Positions 8,586 to 18,672 of a DNA stretch of 52,671 nt are shown here, piece by piece. Position numbers and translations under genes: made by a program. Where the stretch lies: the NCBI GenBank assembly GCA_039586875.1, contig JBDHJO010000004.1, positions 1 through 52,671 of the forward strand, given 5' to 3'. A model generated the notes under the pieces. That model did no database searches. It had not been told where the DNA came from and worked only from the letters and a program-made list of their open reading frames with translations. This DNA comes from Gemmatimonadota bacterium. GTDB taxonomy: Bacteria; Gemmatimonadota; Gemmatimonadetes; Gemmatimonadales; GWC2-71-9. Position 1 is the stretch's first letter; every line of letters starts with the position of its first letter.

Positions 8586-9299
8586 ATGAGGCTGCAAGAC
8601 GTCGTCTGCGTAGTGACCGGCGCCACCGAGGGGATCGGGCGTGCCACGGCGTTTGCCCTGGGTGAACGCGGGGCCCGCCTGGCTGTGTGCGCTCGCACGG
8701 GCCCCCGGATCGATGCGCTGTTGACCGACCTGCGGGCTGCTGGGTGCGAAGCGGTGGGGACGAGCTGCGACGTGAGCGATGAGACAGCGGTGCAGGCCTT
8801 CACCGCGTTCGTTCATGAGGAACTTGGCCCGGCACGGATTCTCGTCAACAACGCGGGCCTCGCACACTTCGGGCCGACCCTCGAGATGTCGACGGCGGCA
8901 TTCGACGAGATTATGGCGGTCAACGTTCGCGGCACGTTCCTCATGAGCCGTGCGTTTCTGCCGGACATGCTGGATCACTCCGGCGGCCATATCGTGAACA
9001 TCGCCAGCCTGGCCGGGCGCAATCCCGTGCCACAGGGAGCGGTCTATGCAGCGGCGAAGCACGCCGTCTTGGGCTTTTCGAAATCCCTGTTTGCAGAGGT
9101 GCGGACCAAAGGAGTCCGGGTCACCGCAATCTGCCCGGGGTCCGTGGTGACACCGTTCTTCGAGAAGTCCGGCGGCACCATCGAGCGGCCGGAGGCCAAA
9201 CTGCAGCCCGAAGACATCGCCGACACCGTGATCGGCGTGCTCGAGTTGCCGGACCGCGCGCTCATCTCCGAACTGGACATCCGCCCGGCCAACCCGTAG
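8586..9299 (+). CDS. SDR family oxidoreductase
   Basis: TGATEGIGRA is the Rossmann motif and YAAAKHAV is the YxxxK catalytic motif. GGAGG lies upstream of the ATG. Confidence 0.9.
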   Translation: MRLQDVVCVVTGATEGIGRATAFALGERGARLAVCARTGPRIDALLTDLRAAGCEAVGTSCDVSDETAVQAFTAFVHEELGPARILVNNAGLAHFGPTLEMSTAAFDEIMAVNVRGTFLMSRAFLPDMLDHSGGHIVNIASLAGRNPVPQGAVYAAAKHAVLGFSKSLFAEVRTKGVRVTAICPGSVVTPFFEKSGGTIERPEAKLQPEDIADTVIGVLELPDRALISELDIRPANP

Positions 9300-9301
9300 C
9301 A

Positions 9302-10669
9302 CTAGGCCACGTACACCGCCTTGATATTCACGAATTCGCGGATGCCCTCGGCCGCCAGCTCCCGACCATAACCCGATTCTCGCACGCCCCCGAAGGGCAG
9401 GCGCGGATCCGATCGCACGAAGGCGTTCACGAAGCAGGCACCGGCGTCCAGTTCGTCCTTGGCGATCCGCGTGCCGCGCTGGACGTCCCCCGTGAACACC
9501 GCGGCCCCGAGCCCGAACGGTGAATCGTTGGCGATCCGGATCGCGTCGGCTTCATCACGGGCACCGATGACGGCTGCCACCGGTCCGAACAGTTCGTCGT
9601 CGTACGCCGGCATGCCGGGTTGGACACCGGTCAGGACGCTCGGTGGATAGAATGCCCCGGCCCCTTCCGGGACTTCGCAGCCGAGCAGCACCCTCGCGCC
9701 AGCGTGAATCGAACGCCGCACCTGCTCGTGCAATTCGTCCCGAAGGTCCTCGCGAGCCTGCGGACCCACGTCAGTGTCGTCGTCGAGCGGGTCACCCATT
9801 CGATGGGCGCGCATGGCATCGACGAAGAGGCGTTCGAATGCGTCTCGCACCGCGTCGACGACGACAAAGCGCTTGGCGGCGATGCAGCTCTGACCGCTGT
9901 TGATGAGACGGGAGGTCGCGCACGCCGACGCAGCCGACTCGAGATCTGCATCGTCGAGAATGATGTATGGGTCACTGCCGCCGAGCTCCAGCACACTCTT
10001 CTTCAACATGCGGCCTGCCGTTCCTGCAACGGCACGGCCCGCCGGACCGCTACCGGTCAGCGTGACGGCGCGAACCACCGGATGTTCGATGACGGCCTCG
10101 ACCCCGGCGGATCCGACAATGAGGGACCGGAAGACATCGTTCGGGAATCCCGCCTCGCGGAAGACCGACTCGATGGCCACCGCCGAACCCATCACGTTGG
10201 ATGCGTGTTTGAGCACGCCGGCGTTTCCCGCCATCAACCCGGGGGCCGCGAACCGAAAGACCTGCCACAACGGAAAATTCCACGGCATGACGGCGAGCAC
10301 GACACCGAGCGGCCGATAGGCGATACCGCTCCAGCTCGCGTCGGTCCCTACCGGCACATCGGCGAGGAACGCCTCGGCATGCTCTGCGTAGTAATCGCAC
10401 ACCCAGGCACACTTCTCGACCTCCGCACGACCCTGCACCACCGGCTTGCCCATCTCCAGGGCCATGAGTCGGGCCAACTCGTCGGTGCGTGCCCGGAGGA
10501 CTGCGGCAGCGGCGCTCATCAACCGCGATCGGACGACGAAAGGGGTGCGCCGCCACTCCTCATACGCCGCGGCCACCTTCACCAGCGTGGCGGACACATC
10601 TTCAGGTGACATCTCCCGGTACCGATCGAGAACCGATCCGTCCGCGGGATTGACGGTGATGATCGCCAT
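9302..10669 (-). CDS. NAD(P)-dependent aldehyde dehydrogenase, succinate-semialdehyde dehydrogenase-like
   Basis: ELGGSDP and the catalytic NSGQSCIAAKRF block are present. The second ATG (MAIITVNP) follows a G/A-rich RBS. An alternative start is at 10699. Confidence 0.85.
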   Translation of the reverse strand: MAIITVNPADGSVLDRYREMSPEDVSATLVKVAAAYEEWRRTPFVVRSRLMSAAAAVLRARTDELARLMALEMGKPVVQGRAEVEKCAWVCDYYAEHAEAFLADVPVGTDASWSGIAYRPLGVVLAVMPWNFPLWQVFRFAAPGLMAGNAGVLKHASNVMGSAVAIESVFREAGFPNDVFRSLIVGSAGVEAVIEHPVVRAVTLTGSGPAGRAVAGTAGRMLKKSVLELGGSDPYIILDDADLESAASACATSRLINSGQSCIAAKRFVVVDAVRDAFERLFVDAMRAHRMGDPLDDDTDVGPQAREDLRDELHEQVRRSIHAGARVLLGCEVPEGAGAFYPPSVLTGVQPGMPAYDDELFGPVAAVIGARDEADAIRIANDSPFGLGAAVFTGDVQRGTRIAKDELDAGACFVNAFVRSDPRLPFGGVRESGYGRELAAEGIREFVNIKAVYVA

Positions 10670-10715
10670 CCGCTGATCCCCCTCCCCCAACTCCTCCACG
10701 GATACGCCAGGCGCG

Positions 10716-10922
10716 TCAGTCTGCCTTGTTGGTACGAATTCCCAGAATAGAGTACAACGCGCACCATCCGCTGAGTCCGGTGATCAACGGCAGGAAGCCC
10801 AAGTACTTGAAGACCGTACCGAGCGTGCCGGTGACGATCCCGCCCCATCCGAGGATGAGCAAGACGATGCCGACGACGACGCGCAGTGCGCGTTCCCAAT
10901 TCGCTTCGTTCACGAATGCCAT
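10716..10922 (-). CDS. DUF2892 (YgaP-like) small membrane protein
   Basis: This 68-aa C-terminal part of the listed 221-aa ORF has two hydrophobic helices and a GWCALYSILGIRT motif. The remainder of the listed ORF is antisense to the permease gene. Confidence 0.7.
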   Translation of the reverse strand: MAFVNEANWERALRVVVGIVLLILGWGGIVTGTLGTVFKYLGFLPLITGLSGWCALYSILGIRTNKAD

Positions 10923-11066
10923 GTGCGATACCTCACATCGGGAGGACGACAAATGCGACTGGCCGTTGCGGCCACCCCGCCTTCTCACAAACAGTAGCGT
11001 CCCGACCGTACACGAGCCAGCGCCCTCGCTTGCTTCGAACGACAGGCGGCGCAATACTCGGCAACC

Positions 11067-12446
11067 ATGAACACCGCACCGCAACCCACCGTTCCCGCTC
11101 GCCACGGATACCGCCGGTCCTTGGGGCTCTTCGACGCCTCGATGCTCGTTATTGGGGGCATCATCGGCGCGGGGATCTTCTTGAACCCGGCAGTCGTAGC
11201 ACAACGGGTGCCGTCGGCAGGGGTCGCGTTCCTCGCCTGGGCCATCGGAGGCGGGATCGCCCTCATCGGCGCGCTCTGCTTTGCCGAGCTCGGTGCTCGT
11301 CGGCCGCTGGCCGGGGGTGGTTACGTCTACTTGCGCGATGCGTTCGGCAGCCTGCCGGCCTTCTTGTACGGATGGACACAACTCCTCGTGATCAACAGCG
11401 GCGGCATCGCCGCCGTCGCCTATACGTTCGCGACCTACGCCGTGGCACTCGGCGGTGGCGGCAGCGACGAACTCACCACAGGCCTCGCGATTACGACGAT
11501 CGTCTTGCTCTCAGTCATCAACTACTTCGGGGTGCGACCCGGCGCGATCGTGCAAAACGTGTTCACCATCCTCAAACTGGCGGCGTTGGGCGGCCTCATC
11601 GCGGCCGGCCTCATACTCGCTCCTGGGGCTGAGACCCAAGCCGTCCCGACCGGAACACCCGCACGCACCGGACTCGTTACCGCCATTGGGGCTGCATTGA
11701 TTCCGGTCCTCTTTGCCTATGGCGGGTGGCAGAGCACGAACTTCGTCGCCGAAGAACTGCGCGATGCCGAGCGCACACTGCCTCGCGCACTCATCCTTGG
11801 AGTCACGACGGTCGTCACCGTCTACCTCCTGGTGAACGTGGTCTACCTCGGTACCCTGGGTTTGAATGGCCTTGCCGGTAGCAGTGCGCCCGCGTCCGAT
11901 GTCATGGCAACGCTGCTCGGGAAGAGCGGATCGGTAGCCATCACCGTGGGGATCGTGATCTCGACGTTCGGCTTCCTCAACCTCGCCGTACTGGCATCGC
12001 CCCGGATGTACCAGGCGATGGCAGCGGATGGTGTGTTCTTCGGCGCGGCGGCGCGGCTTCACCCCAAACACCGCGTCCCTGCCGTCGCACTTGGCATCCA
12101 GGCGGGCTGGGCCATTCTCCTGCTGTCATCGAAGACGTACGGCCAACTCCTCGACTACGTGGTCTTCGGCGATTGGATCTTTTTCGGCCTCGTCGTCGCG
12201 ACGCTGTTCGTCTATCGCCGCCGGGAGCCCGATCGAGCAGTGCAGTTCCGCTCACCGGGATATCCCGTTCTGCCGCTCCTCTTCGTCAGTGCAGCCGCCT
12301 TTACGGTCCTGAGCACAGTTGTCGCCGATCTTCGGAACGCCATCTTGGGCGGTGGTCTCATTCTCATGGGAATTCCGGTATTCTTCGCATGGCGCTGGCG
12401 CCGGCGCACCACCGCTGCTCGACCCCGATCCCCTACTCATTCCTGA
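11067..12446 (+). CDS. APC family amino acid permease
   Basis: 459 aa with about 12 hydrophobic segments and an N-terminal GGIIGAGIF signature. Confidence 0.9.
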   Translation: MNTAPQPTVPARHGYRRSLGLFDASMLVIGGIIGAGIFLNPAVVAQRVPSAGVAFLAWAIGGGIALIGALCFAELGARRPLAGGGYVYLRDAFGSLPAFLYGWTQLLVINSGGIAAVAYTFATYAVALGGGGSDELTTGLAITTIVLLSVINYFGVRPGAIVQNVFTILKLAALGGLIAAGLILAPGAETQAVPTGTPARTGLVTAIGAALIPVLFAYGGWQSTNFVAEELRDAERTLPRALILGVTTVVTVYLLVNVVYLGTLGLNGLAGSSAPASDVMATLLGKSGSVAITVGIVISTFGFLNLAVLASPRMYQAMAADGVFFGAAARLHPKHRVPAVALGIQAGWAILLLSSKTYGQLLDYVVFGDWIFFGLVVATLFVYRRREPDRAVQFRSPGYPVLPLLFVSAAAFTVLSTVVADLRNAILGGGLILMGIPVFFAWRWRRRTTAARPRSPTHS

Positions 12447-12458
12447 AGCGGTCCACCG

Positions 12459-12920
12459 ATGGCAGCGATCCCGTCGAAGCTCACACCTGAGGAGATGCGG
12501 ACCTTTGAGGCCGAGTGGAACGAGCATCCGGGTATGCGGCACATGGGTGCGCGCCTGGACCTCTCATCGCCTGGGGTGGTACGAGCCGTCGTCGACCCCA
12601 TCGAGCCGCAACACCGCGGAGGTCTCGGGACCGAAGCGGTGAACGGTGCGGTGATCGCAGGGATCTTCGACCTGGTCATCGGCCTGTGCGGATACCTGCA
12701 GACCGCGGGCCGCCGGGCAGGAGTCGCCCAGTTGAGTATCCAGTTCCTGCGCCCCGTCCTCGGCGAACGCTTTGAGGTGAAGGGCCATGCAACGCGGGCC
12801 GGAAAGACGCTGGTCTTTTCGTTCGCCGAGCTCGTCGACGAGCGTGGTGTGGTGTGCGCTCGCTGCGACGGGATCGTCGCCGTGGCGGGCGGCGAGGCAG
12901 TTGGCGGGCCGGCGTTCTGA
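12459..12920 (+). CDS. PaaI-family hotdog thioesterase
   Basis: 153 aa with the NxxGxxHGG-like block HRGGLGTEAVNGAVIAGIFD typical of PaaI/YbdB thioesterases. Confidence 0.75.
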   Translation: MAAIPSKLTPEEMRTFEAEWNEHPGMRHMGARLDLSSPGVVRAVVDPIEPQHRGGLGTEAVNGAVIAGIFDLVIGLCGYLQTAGRRAGVAQLSIQFLRPVLGERFEVKGHATRAGKTLVFSFAELVDERGVVCARCDGIVAVAGGEAVGGPAF

Positions 12921-12967
12921 GGTGCCCATGACCGTCACAGCCGCCATCCCTACGAGCCACCGCTGAC

Positions 12968-14767
12968 ATGGAACACACTCTCGTCGGATTGGCATCCATC
13001 GTCATTCTCGGCATCGCCGCGCAGTGGCTTTCGTGGCGCCTGCGTATGCCGGCAATCCTCCTGCTGTTGGCCGTGGGATTCATCGCCGGGCCAGTCACCG
13101 GCTTCCTCGATCCGGGGGCGCTGCTCGGGGACCTCCTCTTCCCGATCGTGTCGCTATCCGTTGCCGTGATCCTCTTCGAGGGGGGGTTGAGCCTGGATGT
13201 CGCCGAGCTTCGCGATATTGGCCGGGTCATCGGACGGTTGATGACCGTAGGGGTGGTCGTGACATGGGCACTGACGACCGCCTTCGCGGTCATGCTGCTC
13301 GACCTCGACATCGGGCTCGCTCTGCTGTTCGGTGCCATCCTGGTCGTGACCGGGCCGACGGTGATCATCCCACTGCTGCGACACATCCGGCCGACTGCGC
13401 GCGTCGGTTCCGCCGTCAAATGGGAGGGCATCGTCAACGACCCGGTCGGTGCCATTCTCGCGGTGCTCGTATTCGAGGCCATCATCGTCGGTGGTATGGA
13501 GGCGGGCCTCAGTGTCGTGGTCCCGGGCATTCTGCGGGCGACCGTGCTGGGCACCGGGCTCGGGTTGGCGGGCGCTGGTCTGGTCGTCCTCCTGCTGGAC
13601 CGGCACTGGATTCCGGACTACCTCGAGAGCCCGGTAGCGCTCGGTTTGGTGTTCCTGGCCTTTGCGCTCGCGAATCGCATGCAGCAGGAATCGGGCTTGC
13701 TGGCTGTGACGATCATGGGATCCGCACTCGCCAGCCAGCAGCGCGTGAGCATGCACCGGATCGTCGCGTTCAAGGAGAATCTCAGGGTCTTGTTGATCGC
13801 GACCCTGTTCATCATTCTCGCCGCGCGCTTACCGCTCCGCGACCCGGATTATTACAGCGCCGGCAGCCTGCTCTTCTTGGCGTCCCTGATCCTCGTGGTG
13901 CGACCGGCAGCCGTGGCCGCAGCGACGTGGGGCTCGAGATTCACGTGGCGCGAGCGCGTGTTCATCGCCGCGATGGCACCGCGAGGGATCGTCGCGGCAG
14001 CGGTCGTCTCGGTGTTCGCCATCGAGTTGACGGAGGTCGGGCGCACGGAGGCTGCACGCCTTGTCCCGCTGATCTTCCTGGTGATCGTCGGTACGGTCGG
14101 CGTCTACGGCCTTGTCACCCCGCTTCTCGCGCGAGCGCTCGCCGTCGCGCAGCCGAATGCCACGGGCATCCTCTTCGTCGGTGCGAGCGCCTGGGTTCGG
14201 GATGTAGCACAACTCCTCGTACACGCCGATGTCCAGGTCCTGCTGGCCGATTCCAACTGGAACAACGTCGCTGCCGCGCGGCGTGCCGGCTTGCCGGCCT
14301 TTTACGGCAACATGCTGACCGAAGCGGCGATCGAAGACATCGAATTCAAGCTCGACGGAATAGGTCACTTCCTGGCGCTCACACCCAACGACGAGGTGAA
14401 CGCCCTCGCGACGCTGCACTTCCAGGAGCTCTTCGATCGCTCCCGAATGTTCCAGTTGCCCCCAGTGGAAAGTGAACGGGATCGACGCCGCCGTGGGATT
14501 CCGCAGCACCTCCACGGCCGTTTTCTCTTTCATCGCGACGCAACCCACGCACGCATTGCCGAGCGGATCGAGCAGGGAGCCATCATCAAACGCACGCGGT
14601 TGACCAAGGAATTCGATTGGGCGGCGTTTCACGACTATTACGGGGAGCGCGCTCTGCCGTTGTTCGTCATCAAGGAGTCGGGCGACGTTCTGGTGCTCAC
14701 GGCGGCGACCGCCGTCGAACCGAAGCCGGGACAGGCCGTCATCAGTCTCGTTGACGACAGGAACTGA
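12968..14767 (+). CDS. cation:proton antiporter (CPA1/NhaP type) with a C-terminal cytoplasmic regulatory domain
   Basis: The N-terminal ~400 aa are polytopic with typical Na_H_Exchanger blocks (ILFEGGLSL, VTGPTVIIPLL). A soluble TrkA-like tail follows. Confidence 0.9.
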   Translation: MEHTLVGLASIVILGIAAQWLSWRLRMPAILLLLAVGFIAGPVTGFLDPGALLGDLLFPIVSLSVAVILFEGGLSLDVAELRDIGRVIGRLMTVGVVVTWALTTAFAVMLLDLDIGLALLFGAILVVTGPTVIIPLLRHIRPTARVGSAVKWEGIVNDPVGAILAVLVFEAIIVGGMEAGLSVVVPGILRATVLGTGLGLAGAGLVVLLLDRHWIPDYLESPVALGLVFLAFALANRMQQESGLLAVTIMGSALASQQRVSMHRIVAFKENLRVLLIATLFIILAARLPLRDPDYYSAGSLLFLASLILVVRPAAVAAATWGSRFTWRERVFIAAMAPRGIVAAAVVSVFAIELTEVGRTEAARLVPLIFLVIVGTVGVYGLVTPLLARALAVAQPNATGILFVGASAWVRDVAQLLVHADVQVLLADSNWNNVAAARRAGLPAFYGNMLTEAAIEDIEFKLDGIGHFLALTPNDEVNALATLHFQELFDRSRMFQLPPVESERDRRRRGIPQHLHGRFLFHRDATHARIAERIEQGAIIKRTRLTKEFDWAAFHDYYGERALPLFVIKESGDVLVLTAATAVEPKPGQAVISLVDDRN

Positions 14768-14877
14768 GCCGCGCGAGGAACCTCCCACCCGGATGCAACC
14801 GTTCTCCTGAAGAACGCCGGACGGAGCGGTGGAGCCGGGCGTGTACCGAGACCACGAGACCGGCAGCCGCGGTTCGT

Positions 14878-16374
14878 TTACTCGTAATCGGCAGGCATAG
14901 CACCGTTCCGGTCATCAGTTCCGTCGTCGCCCTGCTCGTCGGTGCGACGTTCCCGATCCAACTCGGCGCGGATGACTGAGCGGACACCTTCGAGTTGCTC
15001 GTCCCCTGCAAACCCGGTCCATCGGTACACAATGTTCCCGCCCCGATCGAGCACCACCGTGAAGGGTAGGCCGAGGTAGTGGTACTGTTGGCGCAACTTG
15101 CCCTTTCCGAGAGCGACCGGATACTCGAATCCCAGTGCGCTCGCGAAGCGCGCCGCATCACTTACGTCGACGTCTTCGTTCATCGTCGCGAAGGCGAAGC
15201 TCGAATCGTCAATCGACTCGGCGAGGTGGACCAGCGCCGGCATCTCGACCCGGCAGGGCCCGCACCAACTCGCCCAGAAGTTCAACACCGTGAGCACACG
15301 GAACGGATCCAGAGCGTAGAGCCTGCCGGTGGCATCGACGGCTACCGTCGGGAACGGCGTATCCATGCGCGCGGTGCGGAGCAGTTGCCCTGACGAGCCG
15401 TCATAAACGTCAATGCGGCTCCCGGCCGTGGTCAAACCGGGTACGCTCAACACGTAGAGCAGAGAGTCCGAGCCAATCGCGATCCCGAGGTTCACCGGCA
15501 CGTAGTCGATCACCGGCCCGTCGTCGCCGACTGCGAAACGCGGATTCGGGCTCTCCTGCAGCAGCCCTCGGCGCGCCACCCAGAGCGTGTCGCCGGTTGG
15601 CGTGAGTGCCAGCACCTCGTCTCGGATGAAAGGCGCCAGGAAGATCATGTCGCCGGTGACGAGCACATGACCAGCGTTGGCGAGCTCCGTCACGCGTCCG
15701 TGTTCCGAGAGCCGGACGCCGGGCACCGTATCCACCCAGGCTCCCGTGCTGTCCAACCGCGCAAGCAACGGATCGGTTGCTGTGGCCGGGCGATGGGAGA
15801 AGAACTCGGTCGAACGGACGAGCCAGACACCGCCAGCCGGATCGCCGCTGAGAGCGGCGTAGTCGAACGGCACCGACTCCAGCCGAGCCGACCACCCTCC
15901 CGGATGCAGACGAAAGAGCGTGCCGTCGGTAGCCGTGACCCACACGCTGCCGCGCGTGCCGGCCGCGATGCTCATCGGCGTGCGCGTGCCGAATCGCAGG
16001 GGCACACGATGCGCCATCAAACCCGGATCGACACGGATGGCACCGCCCCACCCATCGAGGGTGAGCACGCTCCCGTCGTCGAACGCTGACGTTGCCCGCC
16101 CCTGGAACCACAGCAGGCGAACGTCGCTGGTTGGGAAGACCGAGTCCACGAGCAGCCGCTGGCCTGCTTCCTCTTGCGTAATGAACCGCACCGAGCCAAC
16201 AACTGTATCCGTCGCCGGAGCGGCATCCGGATTGGCCTCCCACGCTGGCCCCCGCACCGCGACCTCGCCAACGCACGCGAGCAGGGTGCTCGCCGCGAGG
16301 GCGAGGGCCGGCGCCAGGGCGATGCGCCGGGCGCGAGTCCGGTTCGTGTGTTGGAGAATGTGGATTCGGATCAC
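14878..16374 (-). CDS. lipoprotein fusion: beta-propeller-like domain plus TlpA/redoxin thiol-disulfide oxidoreductase
   Basis: The lipobox is STLLAC. A ~330-aa repeat-like domain is followed by NFWASWCGPC and a thioredoxin fold. The GTG start overlaps the upstream stop (GTGA). Confidence 0.8.
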   Translation of the reverse strand: MIRIHILQHTNRTRARRIALAPALALAASTLLACVGEVAVRGPAWEANPDAAPATDTVVGSVRFITQEEAGQRLLVDSVFPTSDVRLLWFQGRATSAFDDGSVLTLDGWGGAIRVDPGLMAHRVPLRFGTRTPMSIAAGTRGSVWVTATDGTLFRLHPGGWSARLESVPFDYAALSGDPAGGVWLVRSTEFFSHRPATATDPLLARLDSTGAWVDTVPGVRLSEHGRVTELANAGHVLVTGDMIFLAPFIRDEVLALTPTGDTLWVARRGLLQESPNPRFAVGDDGPVIDYVPVNLGIAIGSDSLLYVLSVPGLTTAGSRIDVYDGSSGQLLRTARMDTPFPTVAVDATGRLYALDPFRVLTVLNFWASWCGPCRVEMPALVHLAESIDDSSFAFATMNEDVDVSDAARFASALGFEYPVALGKGKLRQQYHYLGLPFTVVLDRGGNIVYRWTGFAGDEQLEGVRSVIRAELDRERRTDEQGDDGTDDRNGAMPADYE

Positions 16375-16589
16375 GTGCGCTCGATGCTCTCGAATTGGAT
16401 GGCCATCGCCCCGCCGGCCTCGAACAGCAAACCGTCAACCCTCGCGGCCTGCTCGACGTACACCTTCGGGTGATCGCTATCCGTGTTGGCCGGCATGCCG
16501 GCACTCACCGGTACACACAACTTGCCATCATCGGAGAGGATCGCCAACGGACCACCCTCGTAGCGCGCCACTTCGTCGCTCGACGGCAT
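16371..16589 (-). CDS. small hypothetical protein (72 aa), translationally coupled to the TlpA fusion
   Basis: Codon usage is GC3-rich like neighbouring genes. The stop overlaps the downstream GTG. I recognise no family. Confidence 0.45.
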   Translation of the reverse strand: MPSSDEVARYEGGPLAILSDDGKLCVPVSAGMPANTDSDHPKVYVEQAARVDGLLFEAGGAMAIQFESIERT

Positions 16590-16850
16590 GCTGCGAGGTG
16601 CCTGCCGCGATCACAGGATGCCGGTGCGTCCGCGAACCACCGGGGACACCACCACCCGGACGCTCGCAGGGTTCCCACCGTCCCCGCCGGGACCGCGGCG
16701 TCCGAACACAACCCGAAACGCCTTCCCGGATGCGTGCGGGGCCTCGCTCCCCGCCGTCACGGCGCACAGATTGGGATCGCGACCGAGGTTCACCGGCGTC
16801 TCATTGACGGCTCGTCGAGAGCGAGTGATGTCGAGAGGACAGGAGAGCTC

Positions 16851-18257
16851 ATGACACGCAGCGCACCGACCGTCCAGTTCTTCGGCGCAGCCGGCACCGT
16901 GACGGGATCGAAGCATCTCGTGACGGCGAACGGGCGGAAGATCCTACTCGATTGCGGCCTGTTCCAGGGATTCAAGGCGCTGCGCGAACGCAACTGGCAG
17001 CCGCCTCCATTCGCACCTGCCGAACTTGATGCCGTCGTGCTCAGCCATGCGCACATCGACCACTCGGGGTACCTGCCTCTGCTCGTGCGCCGCGGCTTCA
17101 ATGGTCCGGTCCACTGCACGCGCGCGACCGCCGACCTCCTGCAATCGCTCCTTCCCGATTCGGCATACCTGCAGGAGAAGCAGGCGAGCCACGCGAATTA
17201 CCACGGATACTCGAAGCATGCCCCCGCCCTTCCGCTCTATACGATGGCCGATGCAGAGGCGGCGCTGAAGCTGCTGGAGCCACAACCGTTCGGCGAGACG
17301 ATCGCGGTGACGGATGGGATTGGCGCCACGTTCCGTACCGCCGGTCACATTCTCGGGTCGGCCACCGTCGACCTCTTGCTCGACGGTCGACCGGGATGCA
17401 CGCCGCTGCATCTCGTCTACTCCGGTGACCTCGGCCGATGGGGCAGACCCATTCTGCACGATCCGCAACCGGTACCGCACGCGGACTACCTCGTGATGGA
17501 GTCCACCTACGGCAACCGCCGACACTCAGTGACGGTGGCCGACGATCTGGCACAATGCGTGCGCGCTTCGGCCGAACGCGGAGGCGCGCTACTAGTCCCG
17601 GCGTTCGCCGTCGGGCGTACCCAGGAACTCCTCTGGTGGCTGCGCCAACTCGAAGACGATGGCCGGATTCCGGAGCTCCCGGTGTACGTCGACAGCCCCA
17701 TGGCCATCGATGTGACCGGGGTATACCTCGAGCATACGGCCGAGCACGACTTGGACATGCGGATGGTGCGGGATGCCGGACACCACCCGTTGTACCCGGA
17801 GCAGTTCCACTTTGCGAAGTCGCAGGAGGAGTCGAAAGCGCTGAACCAACTCCGTGGCCCGGTCATCATCATCTCGGCGAGCGGCATGGCGACCGGCGGC
17901 CGCATCCTGCACCACATGAAGCTGCGGTTGCCCGATCGCCGGACGACGGTCCTCCTCGCTGGATTCCAAGCTGCCGGCACCCGCGGCCGCTTGCTCCAGG
18001 AACAGGCGCGAGAGATCCGCATTCACGGGCAGGAGATCAAGGTGCGCGCGACGGTCGATACCCTCGACGGGCTCTCCGCGCATGCCGATCACGGTGAGCT
18101 TCTGCAGTGGTTGTCAGGTTTCGACGAACCGCCGAGGCAGACGCGCCTCGTCCACGGGGAACCCGATGGCGCAGCGGCGCTGGCAGACGCGATCAAGGAG
18201 CGGTACGAGTGGCAGGTGGCGGTCGCGGACCACGAGGAGACGCTGACACTGGCGTAG
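16851..18257 (+). CDS. MBL-fold metallo-hydrolase of the beta-CASP (RNA-metabolising) type
   Basis: The ATG lies 5 nt after AGGAG (16841-16845). The N-terminus is FFGAAGTVTGSKHLV, HAHIDHSGYLP is the HxHxDH motif, and a beta-CASP region follows. The listed start at 16395 is an upstream in-frame extension. Confidence 0.85.
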   Translation: MTRSAPTVQFFGAAGTVTGSKHLVTANGRKILLDCGLFQGFKALRERNWQPPPFAPAELDAVVLSHAHIDHSGYLPLLVRRGFNGPVHCTRATADLLQSLLPDSAYLQEKQASHANYHGYSKHAPALPLYTMADAEAALKLLEPQPFGETIAVTDGIGATFRTAGHILGSATVDLLLDGRPGCTPLHLVYSGDLGRWGRPILHDPQPVPHADYLVMESTYGNRRHSVTVADDLAQCVRASAERGGALLVPAFAVGRTQELLWWLRQLEDDGRIPELPVYVDSPMAIDVTGVYLEHTAEHDLDMRMVRDAGHHPLYPEQFHFAKSQEESKALNQLRGPVIIISASGMATGGRILHHMKLRLPDRRTTVLLAGFQAAGTRGRLLQEQAREIRIHGQEIKVRATVDTLDGLSAHADHGELLQWLSGFDEPPRQTRLVHGEPDGAAALADAIKERYEWQVAVADHEETLTLA

Positions 18258-18326
18258 CGGCGCTCGCACCGGATCATCCCGCGTGTGCGTGAGCGGCACC
18301 GAGCACAGGGTCCCATATACGGGAAA

Positions 18327-18354
18327 CCCCCGGTGCCCTCCCGTGCACCGGGGG
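18327..18354. terminator. 10-bp perfect GC hairpin downstream of the beta-CASP gene
   Basis: CCCCCGGTGC-cctcccgt-GCACCGGGGG. It is flanked by GGGAAA on the 5' side, with TTTCCC (18362-18367) 7 nt beyond its 3' end. The TTT run follows the hairpin only when read on the minus strand. Confidence 0.4.
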
Positions 18355-18642
18355 TAAGGGATTTCCCTCCGAAACCTGGTTCTATGTGCCATAACAGGAC
18401 TGGCACAGGACTTCACCTGTTTCGCATCGGATTACATGCTTGACGATCCCGATCGTCTTGCCTGCGGCCGATGCTGGAAGCCCCTCAGATCTCGGCGGCG
18501 CCGCGAGCGCCGGCCCTTCCCTCAAAGAGCATTCCCGCAGTAGCCACCCATCAAGGTGACAACCAAGGCTACCCATGATCCTGTGAATATCACGTGAAAT
18601 ACACCTGAACTCAGCTTCACGCCCCGTCGGGGTCGGACGTGC

Positions 18643-18672
18643 TTGACGCAATGCCGGTTCGGACCGTACACT
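18643..18672 (+). promoter_or_regulatory. sigma70-like promoter candidate for the usp gene
   Basis: TTGACG (18643-18648), an 18-nt spacer, then TACACT (18667-18672), about 64 nt upstream of the ATG at 18736. Confidence 0.3.

Noticed and set aside
16395-16850. The N-terminal 152-aa extension of the beta-CASP hydrolase ORF.
   Set aside because: The extension is Arg/Pro-rich and overlaps the divergent small ORF. A consensus AGGAG-ATG occurs at 16851, exactly where family homology (FFGAAGTVTGS) begins.
18382-18651. 89-aa minus-strand ORF in the long intergenic region.
   Set aside because: It has many A/T-ending codons in contrast to the strong GC3 bias of real genes here. There is no RBS and no recognisable motif. 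The region is treated as non-coding.
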